NCBI GenBank assembly: GCA_028870995.1
Contig: JAGWOI010000001.1
Location: forward strand, 100,782 to 164,781
From: Candidatus Omnitrophota bacterium
GTDB taxonomy: Bacteria; Omnitrophota; Gorgyraeia; Zapsychrales; Fredricksoniimonadaceae
Direction of reading: 5' to 3'
Length of the DNA: 64,000 bases
The position numbers and the translations under genes were made by a program. Position 1 is the stretch's first letter. Every line of letters begins with the position of its first letter. Positions 1-10,014 of this stretch are shown here, one piece after another. A model generated the notes under the pieces. It searched no databases. It was not told the origin of the DNA and saw nothing but the letters and a program-made list of their open reading frames with translations.

Positions 1-470
1 GGGGCCTTTCTTTATCCGGGATTTTTTTAGGAGGGCTGGCTTCGTCCTGGATGCAGGTAGGGCCGGTCCTGATCCTAGTGGCGGCCAGTTTCTTTTTGGT
101 CCTGTTGTCGGAAAACTCACGAATTCCGGTGGATGATCCCGAAACCCATTTGGAATTGACCATGATCCATGAAGTAATGGTCCTGGACCACAGCGGCATG
201 GAGTTAGGCTGCATCCTTTACACCCAGGCATTGAAACTTTTCCTGTTTGGCAGCATGCTGGTTTCCATGGTCCTTGGTCTTATGCCGCGCAATGTTTGGG
301 GACAGGGGCTTTATTTTATCCTAGGTATTTTAGGTCTCGGAGTCGTGATTGGTGTGGTTGAATCGGCCATGGCCCGTTTGCGGTTGAACAGGGTCCTTTA
401 TCTGTTGTATTCGGCCCTTATTTTTTCGATCTTTGCGCTGATCGTCATTCTGGTCAGGGGGCATGTATGA
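1..470 (+). CDS. Formate hydrogenlyase / hydrogenase-4 membrane subunit (HycD/HyfC, NuoH-like), 5'-truncated at the window edge
   Basis: The reading frame is open from the window start into ORF 51..470. The motif 'SENSRIPVDDPETHLELTMIHEVMVLDHSG' matches the NuoH/HycD-type 'NxRxPFDxxExExEL...EYSG' signature. Its stop overlaps the next start (ATGA). Confidence 0.55.
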   Translation, partial: GLSLSGIFLGGLASSWMQVGPVLILVAASFFLVLLSENSRIPVDDPETHLELTMIHEVMVLDHSGMELGCILYTQALKLFLFGSMLVSMVLGLMPRNVWGQGLYFILGILGLGVVIGVVESAMARLRLNRVLYLLYSALIFSIFALIVILVRGHV

Positions 471-1111
471 GCGTTTGGCTGGATGCGGTATTGATCCTTA
501 TTGTGCTTTTGGGGCTTTTGATCATTGTCAGTCATCGTCTGGGCAGCATGATCCAGATATTCGGGCTGCAATCGTGTATCTTAGGGGTGGTGCCGTTCTT
601 TTTATACGCCAACGGTATCGAATTTTTCATTATTATCGTAGCGCTGGCCGCTATTGTGCTCAGGGGCTTTTTGATGCCGTCTTTTCTTTATTGGGCCATC
701 CGGCATGTTGATATGCGTACCGAGATCAATCCAACGATAGGGATTGGTACGACGCTGTTGTTAAGCGGCCTTGCCATCGTCGGATCGTTCCTGTTGGCCT
801 CCAAGCTTGTCTTTCCAATGAAAATCGCTTCGGACATGGTGATCCCGTGTTCTTTTTCTCTGATCATCATGGGCTTCCTTTTGGTCATAGGCCGCATGAA
901 GGCCATCAGTCAGGTGGTGGGGTATCTGGTTTTGGAGAACGGGATATTCCTTTTTGCCATGTTGTTGTTAAAGAAAATGCCTTTGCTCGTGGAAATGGGG
1001 ATCCTGTTGGATCTGTTTATTGCCGCCGTGGTGCTGGGGATCGTAGTCAACAATATCAGCGATGAATTCAACAACACGGATACGGTTCAGCTGACAACGC
1101 TTAAGGATTAA
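467..1111 (+). CDS. Small polytopic membrane subunit, hydrogenase-4 component E (HyfE)-like
   Basis: 214 aa, fully hydrophobic multi-helix protein. It is translationally coupled between a HycD-like and a NuoN/HyfF-like gene, and its size matches HyfE. Confidence 0.45.
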   Translation: MSVWLDAVLILIVLLGLLIIVSHRLGSMIQIFGLQSCILGVVPFFLYANGIEFFIIIVALAAIVLRGFLMPSFLYWAIRHVDMRTEINPTIGIGTTLLLSGLAIVGSFLLASKLVFPMKIASDMVIPCSFSLIIMGFLLVIGRMKAISQVVGYLVLENGIFLFAMLLLKKMPLLVEMGILLDLFIAAVVLGIVVNNISDEFNNTDTVQLTTLKD

Positions 1112-1113
1112 CC

Positions 1114-2538
1114 ATGCTTTTATTCCTTCTTTTATTTCCGTTGATCGCCGGAGGAATGGTTTTCATCCTCCCTGGGCGCGGCCATCGAAACAGGGTGTTG
1201 CTTTTGGTTTCCCTGGCGCACACTCTTGGCGTATTCAGCCTTTGGAAATCTGTCCCCCTGTCACTCAACGATTTCCTGGGCCTGGATGCCCTGGGGCTTT
1301 TGATCCTTTCCGTGGTCAGCGTGTTGTTTTTAATGGTGGCTGTATATCTTATGGGTTATTTTAAGGACGAGCCCGACATGACCCACCGGATTTTTACAGG
1401 GTTTTTGCTGCTGTTCCTGGCCTTCATGACCCTGGTGACCATCAGCCGGCATTTCGGGCTTTTGCTGGTCGCCATCGAGGCCACGACTCTTTCCAGCGTT
1501 CCTCTGATCAATCTGGTGAAGACCAAACAGAGCATTGAAGCTACCTGGAAATTTTTAATACTTTGCCTGATCGGCATTGCCTTGGCCCTTTTGGGTATTT
1601 ATTTTCTTGCCGTTGCCGCCATGGGCAATGTCCAATCCATTTTTATAGACAAATTGATAAGTCACGCTCCGCAATTGTCCATGCCGTGGCTTAAGTTGAG
1701 CGTCATCTTTCTTTTGATCGGCTGCGGCACCAAGATGGGATTGGCGCCCATGCACACATGGCTGCCGGATGCCCATTCACAGGCACCCTCGCCCGTTTCT
1801 GCTTTGCTTTCAGCGTGCTTGTTGAATTGTGCCTTTTTAAGTGTCTTAAGGGTGGCACAGGTCTGCCAAGCCGCCGGACTGATGCCTTTCCTTTCTTCAA
1901 TGCTTATTGTCTTAGGCCTGATTTCCATGGGCATTGCCTATGTTTTTATTTTAGGACAGGAGGATTATAAGAGGATGTTTGCCTATTCCAGTGTGGAGCA
2001 TATGGGCATCCTCGCGTTAGGGATTGGTTTAGGAGGGGTCGGTATTTACGGCAGCCTGCTGCATGCCATTAATAATGCCCTTTCTAAGGGGATCGCCTTT
2101 TTGGTAACCGGCAATATTTACCGGCAATATCACAGTAAAAAGGTCGATGAGGTACACGGCGTGCTTCGCCGCTTCCCGGCAACTGGAGCTTTCCTTCTGG
2201 CGGCCTTCCTGGCCGTCAGCGGCGTGCCTGTCTTCGGCACCTTTATCAGTGAATTGATCATCCTGTATGCGGCCCTGGCCGGGCATCATTATGTCATAGC
2301 CGCTTTCTACCTTCTGTTCCTGGCCCTTATTTTTATGGGTATCGCAGGCATTGTTTTGAAGATGGCACAGACTCCACCGGGGGATCAAGAAACCGATCGG
2401 GGCGGCCGCGAACACTGGAGCATGATCCTGCCGATTTTGCTGCTGGTCCTCATGGTCCTGCTGCTGGGTATCTATATTCCTCCTGCCTTAAATGATCTCT
2501 TGCAGCAGTCTTCCAGGCTCCTGGGCGGCATTGATTAA
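1114..2538 (+). CDS. Complex-I-type antiporter-like subunit (HyfF/NuoN/NuoM family proton-conducting membrane transporter)
   Basis: 474 aa polytopic protein with the motif 'GLAPMHTWLPDAHSQAPSPVSALL' typical of NuoL/M/N and HyfB/D/F subunits. It starts 3 nt after the preceding stop. Confidence 0.65.
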   Translation: MLLFLLLFPLIAGGMVFILPGRGHRNRVLLLVSLAHTLGVFSLWKSVPLSLNDFLGLDALGLLILSVVSVLFLMVAVYLMGYFKDEPDMTHRIFTGFLLLFLAFMTLVTISRHFGLLLVAIEATTLSSVPLINLVKTKQSIEATWKFLILCLIGIALALLGIYFLAVAAMGNVQSIFIDKLISHAPQLSMPWLKLSVIFLLIGCGTKMGLAPMHTWLPDAHSQAPSPVSALLSACLLNCAFLSVLRVAQVCQAAGLMPFLSSMLIVLGLISMGIAYVFILGQEDYKRMFAYSSVEHMGILALGIGLGGVGIYGSLLHAINNALSKGIAFLVTGNIYRQYHSKKVDEVHGVLRRFPATGAFLLAAFLAVSGVPVFGTFISELIILYAALAGHHYVIAAFYLLFLALIFMGIAGIVLKMAQTPPGDQETDRGGREHWSMILPILLLVLMVLLLGIYIPPALNDLLQQSSRLLGGID

Positions 2539-2629
2539 TATTTTCTTTTATCCTTAATCCTGTTATACTTTGGTAAATTTCATCTAATCTTTATTAAATT
2601 CTTATATTTTCAAAGTAAAAGAGGGTATT

Positions 2630-4165
2630 ATGCGGGCGGCAATAATCGATGTTGGTTCTTCAACCATCAAGCTTCTGATCGCCGAAGGCCATGGCGATGA
2701 TGTTAAAATCATCGAATCGTTGAAAAACATGATCCCTTTGGGCAAGCATGTCTTTCTCAAGGGCCGTATCCCGCAGACCATCATCAACCAGACCGCCGCC
2801 GTCCTGCAGAAGTATAAAGATACCCTTAAAGAATACGATGTGACCAAGGTCATGGTCATTGCTACGACAGCCGTTCGCGAGGCGCGCAACCAGGACATTT
2901 TCCTGGACACCATCCTGCGCAAAACCGGTTTTAAGATCGATGTTTTAAATGCCGGGGACGTGGTTTATTACATCGACTATTTCCTGAGCCATAAATTAAA
3001 GAAGACCTATCCCATTGAAAAGAAAAATTTGCTGATCGCGGAACTCGGTGCCGGCTCTCTGGACGTGTCGGTCATGGAAAAGGGGATGACCCTCATGAAT
3101 ATCGGGTTTCCCATCGGCACCCTGCGCCTCTCCCAGTTCATGGAAAGCCTGGACGGTTCGCTGCAGGAAGTGCATGAGGCCACCGAGGAATACATTGAGA
3201 ACGAGATCCTTTCCCTAAACAAAAACAACACGAATTTCAACATTGATGACATTATCCTCATCGACGAGAATTATTCCGTATTTATCCAGAATGTCCTTCC
3301 CAACAAGCGCCGCGATTCGGACTTTTTCAAGTTCAAGGCTTCCGAGGCCCAGGAATTGCTGACCCGCTTGAAGCAGATGAACGTCGAGGAGATCGCCAAC
3401 TCCTACAATGTGCCGACGGACATTTCGGCCACCATCACCGGCTACGCCATCATCCTCAACACCTTGTTCAAGATAAATAAGAGTGAATACATCTATATCC
3501 TGGAGGCCTCCCTGTCCGAAGCCATCCTGGCCCACCTGCTGTTCAAATTCGAGAAGTCGGAGGACGACAACAAGTTGAGCCAGCTGGTCTCCGTGGCGCA
3601 TTTCCTTTGCCGCAAGTACGGCATGGACCTGGCCCACCTGAAACATGTGGCGGCCATGACTGAGCAATTGTTCAATGCCTTCAGGGACATTTTGGGCCTC
3701 GAAGAAAAGAACCGCTTGTACCTGTTGTTGGCGGCGTACCTTCATGATATTGGCACGTTTGTCAGCAACCGCTCGCACCACAAGCACAGTGAATATATGA
3801 TCAGCGCCTTGAACCTGTTCCGGTTGACGGAAAATGAGATCAATATCATCGCCTGTACCGCCCGCTATCACCGCCGTTCGGCCCCGCTCAAGAGCCATCT
3901 GTTGTATAATTCCCTGACTTCGGCGGACCAGATCCTGGTGCAAAAATTAAGCGCTCTATTGCGCATCGCCAATTCGCTGGACCGTTCGCACAAACAGAAG
4001 GTCAAAAAACTGGACGTCAAATTCAGCACCGGGGGGGATGCGACCATCGTGGCGCACACCCATGAGAATTTCCTGTTGGAAAAAGAAAATTTCATGGAGA
4101 AAAAGGAACTGTTCGAGGAGATCACCGGTAATAAATTGACGCTTACCGTTAAAGCACAAGAATAA
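2630..4165 (+). CDS. ppx: Ppx/GppA family exopolyphosphatase with C-terminal HD domain
   Basis: N-terminal 'IIDVGSSTIKLLIAE' actin-like ATPase fold of Ppx/GppA. C-terminal 'LHDIGTFVSNRSHHKHSEYM' is an HD-type metal-dependent phosphohydrolase motif. It lies immediately upstream of ppk1. Confidence 0.75.
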   Translation: MRAAIIDVGSSTIKLLIAEGHGDDVKIIESLKNMIPLGKHVFLKGRIPQTIINQTAAVLQKYKDTLKEYDVTKVMVIATTAVREARNQDIFLDTILRKTGFKIDVLNAGDVVYYIDYFLSHKLKKTYPIEKKNLLIAELGAGSLDVSVMEKGMTLMNIGFPIGTLRLSQFMESLDGSLQEVHEATEEYIENEILSLNKNNTNFNIDDIILIDENYSVFIQNVLPNKRRDSDFFKFKASEAQELLTRLKQMNVEEIANSYNVPTDISATITGYAIILNTLFKINKSEYIYILEASLSEAILAHLLFKFEKSEDDNKLSQLVSVAHFLCRKYGMDLAHLKHVAAMTEQLFNAFRDILGLEEKNRLYLLLAAYLHDIGTFVSNRSHHKHSEYMISALNLFRLTENEINIIACTARYHRRSAPLKSHLLYNSLTSADQILVQKLSALLRIANSLDRSHKQKVKKLDVKFSTGGDATIVAHTHENFLLEKENFMEKKELFEEITGNKLTLTVKAQE

Positions 4166-4166
4166 T

Positions 4167-6182
4167 ATGGAAACCAAGGAAAAATTCATCCATAGAGACC
4201 TAAGCTGGCTGGAATTCAATTACCGCGTTCTGGAAGAAGCCAAGGATGAGCGTAACCCGCTTTTGGAACGCACCAAATTTTTGGCCATCTTTACCGGTAA
4301 CCTGGACGAGTTTTTTATGGTGAGGATGTCGGGCGTCAAAAAACTTCTGGCTTCCGGCTACAATAAACGCGATCAATTTGGTTTTTATCCGCAGGAAGTT
4401 TTTGCCGAGATCAAGACCCGCAGCGATGAAATGGTCAAAAAGTTTTATGAAGTCTACGAAGGCTCCGTCAAGCAGGCCCTGGAGGCCCAAAAGATCTTCA
4501 TCAAAAAGCCGGCTGACCTGAATCCGGAGCAGAAGAAGTTCGCCCAGCGTTTTTTTGATACCACCTTATACCCGATCACCACCCCCCTGGCGGTCGATCC
4601 CGGGCATCCTTTTCCTGTCCTGCCCTCGCGCACCATCGCTTTTGCGGTCGACATCGAGCGTAATGACAAGCGCCACCTGGCCATTATCCCCGTCCCCAAG
4701 GCCGTGCCGCGCCTCTTGAAGCTGCCGGCGGAAGGCGACGAGGCGGTCTATGTCTTGACGGACTATTTGATCAAAGAGAATTTGGCTTCCTTTTTTAAAG
4801 GCTACAAGATCCAGGAGGCCTCGCTTTTCAGGGTCCTGCGGGACAGTGAACTGGAGGTCGATGAAGGGTTTGCTCCTGATCTTCTTAAAGCGCTGGAGAA
4901 AGAGCTTAAAAAGCGCCCCAGCGCCAAGTCGGTATACCTGCAGATGGAAAAAGGGAACCCCGAACTGGTGGCGGTTTTGTGCAACGGCATCGATTTTCCC
5001 CAGGAAGAGGTGGTGTTCATCACCTCGGACCTGGACCTGACCTTCCTTTACGACCTTTCGGCCTCGGTGGACAAGCCCCATCTGCATTATCCCAGTTTCA
5101 CGCCGGCACGGGGCCCGTATGAGAACATTTTCGACAAGATCAAGGAAGAGGATTTTATCGTTCACCTGCCATTTCAATCCTTCCTGCCGACCAGCGATTT
5201 TATCACCGCCGCCGCCAAGGACCCCGATGTCCTGGCCATCAAGATGACGCTTTACCGCACCAATGAGGATTCGGCCATCATCAAGGCCCTGATGGAGGCG
5301 GCCAAGAGACGCAAACAGGTCACCGTGGTCGTTGAGATCAAGGCCAGGTTCGAGGAAGAGAAGAACATCCAATGGTCGAGGGAATTGGAGGTGGCCGGCT
5401 GCCATGTGATCTATGGGATCGCGGGCTTGAAGATCCATTCCAAGATGGCGCTGGTCGTGCGCAAGGAAGAGGGCCGCATCCGCCGTTACGTGCATTTATC
5501 GACAGGCAATTACAACGAAAAGACCGCCCATGTTTATACCGACATCGGCTTTTTCACCGTCAATGACGATTTTGCCAGGGATATTGCGGATGTCTTCAAT
5601 GTCATTACAGGATATTCGCTGCCCAGCCCCTGGAAGCGCGTCATTTCGTCTCCTCATGATTTGCGCAAATATTTTTTCGACCTTATCGACAAGGAGATGG
5701 CGGCCCAGCAGGAGCACAAGAACGGTTCGATCGTCGCCAAAATGAATTCTTTGGAGGACGCCCAAATTATCGAGAAATTGTACGCCGCCTCCAATGCCGG
5801 CGTTAAAATCAAACTGCTGGTGCGCGGGATCTGCAGCCTCGTGCCGGGCCTCCCCGGGTTAAGCGAAAATATCGAGGTGCGCAGCATCGTGGGCCGTTTT
5901 TTGGAACATTCGCGGATCTTTTATTTCAACAATAACGGCAATCCCCGCTGCTTTTTGTCGTCGGCGGACTGGATGACGCGTAATTTCGACCGGCGCATCG
6001 AGCTCTTGTTCGAGATCACCAAGCCGGAGATCAAGGGCCATTTGCAATTTATTCTCGATACGTATTTTAAAGACACCCGTAAAGCGAGGCTGCTTCGAGC
6101 CAACCATCATTACGGTCCCATCAAGAAGGAAGGCGAGACTTTCGAGGCGCAGGAGTATTTTATAAATCACTATACGCGTTAA
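4167..6182 (+). CDS. ppk: Polyphosphate kinase 1
   Basis: 671 aa. N-terminal 'RDLSWLEFNYRVLEEAKDERNPLLERTKFLAIFTGNLDEFFMVRMSG' is the canonical PPK1 N-domain. Two PLD-like C-terminal domains are present. Confidence 0.9.
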   Translation: METKEKFIHRDLSWLEFNYRVLEEAKDERNPLLERTKFLAIFTGNLDEFFMVRMSGVKKLLASGYNKRDQFGFYPQEVFAEIKTRSDEMVKKFYEVYEGSVKQALEAQKIFIKKPADLNPEQKKFAQRFFDTTLYPITTPLAVDPGHPFPVLPSRTIAFAVDIERNDKRHLAIIPVPKAVPRLLKLPAEGDEAVYVLTDYLIKENLASFFKGYKIQEASLFRVLRDSELEVDEGFAPDLLKALEKELKKRPSAKSVYLQMEKGNPELVAVLCNGIDFPQEEVVFITSDLDLTFLYDLSASVDKPHLHYPSFTPARGPYENIFDKIKEEDFIVHLPFQSFLPTSDFITAAAKDPDVLAIKMTLYRTNEDSAIIKALMEAAKRRKQVTVVVEIKARFEEEKNIQWSRELEVAGCHVIYGIAGLKIHSKMALVVRKEEGRIRRYVHLSTGNYNEKTAHVYTDIGFFTVNDDFARDIADVFNVITGYSLPSPWKRVISSPHDLRKYFFDLIDKEMAAQQEHKNGSIVAKMNSLEDAQIIEKLYAASNAGVKIKLLVRGICSLVPGLPGLSENIEVRSIVGRFLEHSRIFYFNNNGNPRCFLSSADWMTRNFDRRIELLFEITKPEIKGHLQFILDTYFKDTRKARLLRANHHYGPIKKEGETFEAQEYFINHYTR

Positions 6183-6215
6183 CCGTACCTTACGAAACCG
6201 AAGGAACAGGGAATC

Positions 6216-7166
6216 TTGGATTATTTCATCGGGCTTGATATAGGCGGTACGAAAATAGCCGGGGCCTTGATCTCAGGCTCGGGAGAGATCGTCGGCCGCA
6301 CCAAGACAGCCACCCCCAGAAAGGTCAAGCCCAAGGAGATATTCCGCTGCATCACCGATACCATCGATGAATTGATAGCTGCCTCCGGCCTTAAAGCCTC
6401 ATCCGTTAAAGGCATCGGGGCGGGGGTCCCGGGCATCGTGGACACCCGCCGCAACCATATCCTGGCGGCGCCTAATATCGCTTTGACCGGGTTTCCTTTA
6501 AGTGAGTATTTAAAGCGCAAATACCGTGTCCCCGTGGCCTTGGCCAATGATGTTAACGCCGGTCTTCTGGGAGAGGCGTGGAAGGGCGGAGCCCGAGGCC
6601 TGTCCCATGTCGTGGGAGTTTTTCCCGGCACCGGTGTGGGTGGGGCGGTCATCAGCGACGGTCAATTGCTGCTGGGCGCCCAGGGCGCGGCCACAGAATT
6701 AGGCCATGTCATCGTCAGCCTCAACGGGCCGAAATGCCATTGCGGCAACCGCGGGTGTTTGGAGGCCATGACCAGCCGCTGGGCCATCGAACGGGACATC
6801 CGGGCCCTGGTTAAGGCCGGCAAAAAGACGGTGGCCTCCAAGCTTAACGGCGGTAAGCTGGACATGATCAAAAGCCGCATCTTGAGGGAAGCGCTGGCCC
6901 AAAATGACCCTGTGGTCAAATCCGTCCTGACCCGGGCCGCCGTGGTCTTGGGGCACGCCGCCGTTTCTTTTAACCACATATTTAATCCTCAAGCCATTAT
7001 CTTTGGCGGTGGTGTCATCAAAGCCTGCGGTTTTTTTATCCTGCCTATCGTGGCCAAGGAACTTCATGCCGACCCCTTTTTCAAGAAATTTAATGCCTGC
7101 CGCATCCTGTCGTCCCAGTTGGGGGATGATGCCGTTGTCCTGGGTGCCGCCCGTTTAGCCCTATAA
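6216..7166 (+). CDS. ROK family sugar kinase (glucokinase-like)
   Basis: 'GLDIGGTKIAGALI' ATP-binding motif and the ROK zinc motif 'CHCGNRGCLEA'. Confidence 0.8.
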   Translation: MDYFIGLDIGGTKIAGALISGSGEIVGRTKTATPRKVKPKEIFRCITDTIDELIAASGLKASSVKGIGAGVPGIVDTRRNHILAAPNIALTGFPLSEYLKRKYRVPVALANDVNAGLLGEAWKGGARGLSHVVGVFPGTGVGGAVISDGQLLLGAQGAATELGHVIVSLNGPKCHCGNRGCLEAMTSRWAIERDIRALVKAGKKTVASKLNGGKLDMIKSRILREALAQNDPVVKSVLTRAAVVLGHAAVSFNHIFNPQAIIFGGGVIKACGFFILPIVAKELHADPFFKKFNACRILSSQLGDDAVVLGAARLAL

Positions 7167-7187
7167 CTCCGATAGGCCTCGCAATTG

Positions 7188-7216
7188 TTGACGGCCGGGT
7201 ATCTTAATATTAAAAT
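7188..7216 (+). promoter_or_regulatory. Candidate sigma70-like promoter (TTGACG, 17-nt spacer, TAAAAT) upstream of the small wHTH gene
   Basis: Hexamers read directly in the AT-rich intergenic region 7167-7255. Confidence 0.3.
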
Positions 7217-7255
7217 AAAATATTGAAATTATAAAATTAAGAAGGAGTTCAGGTT

Positions 7256-7528
7256 ATGAAAGACAGGATCATCGATATGGCGGGAAAGACATGGCGTTTT
7301 TTGGGCCAGAATGGACAAACCAACGTCAGCCAATTGGCCAAGTCTCTTAAAGAAAAGGAGGAGATCGTTTTTCAGGCCCTGGGATGGCTGGCACGCGAGG
7401 ATAAGATCAATTACATGGTCAAGAACCGCCGGACCTTTGTTTCCCTGGTGGATGCCGAATTGCAGGCGTTTAATTCGATCGTTTACCACATTGAAAACAA
7501 GGCGGGAAGCCTCAAGCCTAAAAAGTAA
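7256..7528 (+). CDS. Small winged-helix-like protein of unknown function
   Basis: 90 aa with a strong RBS (AAGGAG). The middle segment 'NVSQLAKSLKEKEEIVFQALGWLAREDKI' is helix-turn-helix-like. Confidence 0.35.
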   Translation: MKDRIIDMAGKTWRFLGQNGQTNVSQLAKSLKEKEEIVFQALGWLAREDKINYMVKNRRTFVSLVDAELQAFNSIVYHIENKAGSLKPKK

Positions 7529-7554
7529 ATTATTTTCTGACAGCGGAGTTTAAT

Positions 7555-10008
7555 TTGAACAGATTTGTTTGTATTCACGGCCATTTTTACCAGCCACCGC
7601 GGGAAAATCCCTGGCTGGATGAAGTCGAAGTGCAGGATTCCGCCTATCCTTACCATGACTGGAACGAACGGGTCACGTCCGAATGCTATGCCCGAAACGC
7701 CGCCGCGCGCATTCTGGACAGCAATCGCTGCATCGTCGATATCGTCAACAATTATTCTAAAATCAGCTTTAATTTCGGCCCCACACTTTTGTCGTGGATG
7801 CAGGAAAAGGACCCTGAGATCTACGCGGCCATCCTGGAAGCCGACCGCATCAGCCAACAGCATTTTTCCGGGCACGGCAGCGCCATGGCCCAGGTCTATA
7901 ATCACATGATCATGCCCCTGGCTGCCGCCCGGGATAAGCGCACCCAGGTCATCTGGGGCATCGAGGATTTTGAAGCACGGTTCAAGCGCAAACCTGAAGG
8001 CATGTGGCTGGCGGAGACGGCGGTCGATCTGGAAACACTGGACTTGATGGCCCAGCAGGGGATCAAGTTCACCGTCCTGGCGCCTCATCAGGCCAAACGC
8101 GTCAAATCCAGCGGACAGGAGATGCTTTGGCAGGATGTTTCCACGGCCAAGGTGGACCCCAAGGTCCCTTACCGCTGCCAGCTTCCTTCCGGCCGGCAAA
8201 TCGCGGTTTTCTTTTATGACGGCCCCATTGCCCTGGGCGTGGCCTTTGAAGGACTGTTGAATAACGGCGAACAGCTGGCCACGCGTCTGACCGAAGGTTT
8301 TAGCCCGGCCAATCACGGCGCCCAGCTTGTGCATATCGCCACCGACGGGGAGACCTACGGCCATCACCATAAATTCGGCGACATGGCCCTGGCCTATTGT
8401 TTGCACCATATCGAAACCCATCAGCTGGGGCGCCTGACGGTTTACGGGGAATTTTTGCACAAATTCCCGCCCACCCAGGAAGTGGAAATCGTTGAGAATT
8501 CATCCTGGAGCTGCGTGCACGGCATCGAGCGCTGGCGCACGGATTGCGGCTGCTCGACGGGAGGTCAGCCGGGATGGAACCAAAAATGGCGCGGCGGGTT
8601 GCGGGAGTCCCTGGACTGGCTGCGTGATACAACAGCGCCTTTGTATGAAAATGAAATGAAGGCCTTTGCCAAGGATCCCTGGGAGGTGCGCGACAGGTAT
8701 ATCGAAGTGATCTTGGACCGCAGCGAAAATAACACCGGCCGATTCCTGCAAAACGTGGCCGGCCGGCCCCTGAATGAGGAAGAAAAGATCAAGGTGCTTA
8801 AGCTGCTGGAAATGCAGACCAATGCGATGTTGATGTACACCTCCTGCGGATGGTTTTTCAGCGAGATTTCGGGCCTCGAGTCCGTTCAGGTTCTGAAATA
8901 CGCCGCCCGCGCCATCCAGCTGGCCAAGGAGGTGGCAGGAGCCGGTTTGGAAGAGGGGTTTGTGTCCCGCTTGTCTGAGGTCGCCAGCAATATTCCTGAG
9001 TTCAAGGACGGGGCCCAAATTTACCGCACGGTGGTCAAACCATCCGTCGTCGACCTTTTGCGCGTCGGCGCCCACTATGCCATGACCTCCTTATTCGAGC
9101 AGTATGCCCCGCAGACCAAGATGTACAGCTACGCGGTCAAAAGCGAACAGTACGACCTGAAAGAGGCCGGCCGCCTGCGTCTTGCCGTAGGGCGCGCCCG
9201 GGTGCGCTCCAGGGATACCTGGGAGATGGCCTATACCTGTTTTGCCGTGCTGCACCTGGGGGACCATAATTTCATCGGCGGCGTGGACCATATGAATACC
9301 GACGAGTTTGCCAAGATGCACGGCCTTTTGATGAACGCTTTTCTGGAAAGCGACATCCCCAGCGTCATCGGGGTCATTAAAGATTATTTTAAATACCATA
9401 ATTATTCCCTCTGGCACTTATTCAAGGAGGAGCAGCAGAAGATCCTCAACCAGGTCTTGAGGTCGACCATGGACGATATCGAGACCAGTTTCCGGCAGAT
9501 CTATGACCACCATTACCCATTAATGCAGATCAAGAATGAGACCAGCCTGCCCCTGCCGCGCATGTTGATGACGGTGGTTGAGTTTGTCCTCAACCGCGAC
9601 ATCAGCGACGCTTTGGCGGCGGAGGAGGTGGATATTAAACGGCTCAAACAGCTGGTCGATGAAATGAAGCGCTGGTCCTTCAAGCGTGATCATGCCAATT
9701 TCACCTTTTTGGCGGGGCAGCGGATCAGCAGCCTGATGAAACGCCTGTCGGACAATCCCGACAATATCCACCTGATGGAAAAGGTCGTTATCATCCTGGA
9801 ACTTTTGGGGCAGTTGAATTTGGAGATCGACCTGTGGAAAGCTCAAAATATTTACTTTGCCATGGTCCGAAAGATTTATCCGGACATCCTGTCTTTGTCA
9901 GGGACGGATGAGCTGGCGGGCCGGTGGGTAAAACTTTTTGAACATTTAGGCGGGATCCTGCAGGTCAATATCGTCACCTCAAGGACCCTGGCCAAAGCGA
10001 GGACATGA
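7555..10008 (+). CDS. Glycoside hydrolase family 57 protein (alpha-glucan branching/amylase-type) with C-terminal DUF3536-like extension
   Basis: 'CIHGHFYQPPRENPW' is the hallmark GH57 N-terminus. 817 aa. Confidence 0.85.
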   Translation: MNRFVCIHGHFYQPPRENPWLDEVEVQDSAYPYHDWNERVTSECYARNAAARILDSNRCIVDIVNNYSKISFNFGPTLLSWMQEKDPEIYAAILEADRISQQHFSGHGSAMAQVYNHMIMPLAAARDKRTQVIWGIEDFEARFKRKPEGMWLAETAVDLETLDLMAQQGIKFTVLAPHQAKRVKSSGQEMLWQDVSTAKVDPKVPYRCQLPSGRQIAVFFYDGPIALGVAFEGLLNNGEQLATRLTEGFSPANHGAQLVHIATDGETYGHHHKFGDMALAYCLHHIETHQLGRLTVYGEFLHKFPPTQEVEIVENSSWSCVHGIERWRTDCGCSTGGQPGWNQKWRGGLRESLDWLRDTTAPLYENEMKAFAKDPWEVRDRYIEVILDRSENNTGRFLQNVAGRPLNEEEKIKVLKLLEMQTNAMLMYTSCGWFFSEISGLESVQVLKYAARAIQLAKEVAGAGLEEGFVSRLSEVASNIPEFKDGAQIYRTVVKPSVVDLLRVGAHYAMTSLFEQYAPQTKMYSYAVKSEQYDLKEAGRLRLAVGRARVRSRDTWEMAYTCFAVLHLGDHNFIGGVDHMNTDEFAKMHGLLMNAFLESDIPSVIGVIKDYFKYHNYSLWHLFKEEQQKILNQVLRSTMDDIETSFRQIYDHHYPLMQIKNETSLPLPRMLMTVVEFVLNRDISDALAAEEVDIKRLKQLVDEMKRWSFKRDHANFTFLAGQRISSLMKRLSDNPDNIHLMEKVVIILELLGQLNLEIDLWKAQNIYFAMVRKIYPDILSLSGTDELAGRWVKLFEHLGGILQVNIVTSRTLAKART

Positions 10009-10014
10009 TTCCTT

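Noticed and set aside
4566-5495. 309-aa minus-strand ORF entirely inside ppk1
   Set aside because: It is antisense to a confidently identified, motif-rich gene in a GC-rich region where long shadow ORFs are expected. The translation is Gly/Arg/Asp-rich low complexity.
7483-8460. 325-aa minus-strand ORF within the GH57 gene
   Set aside because: Antisense shadow ORF. The GH57 N-terminal signature on the plus strand is unambiguous.
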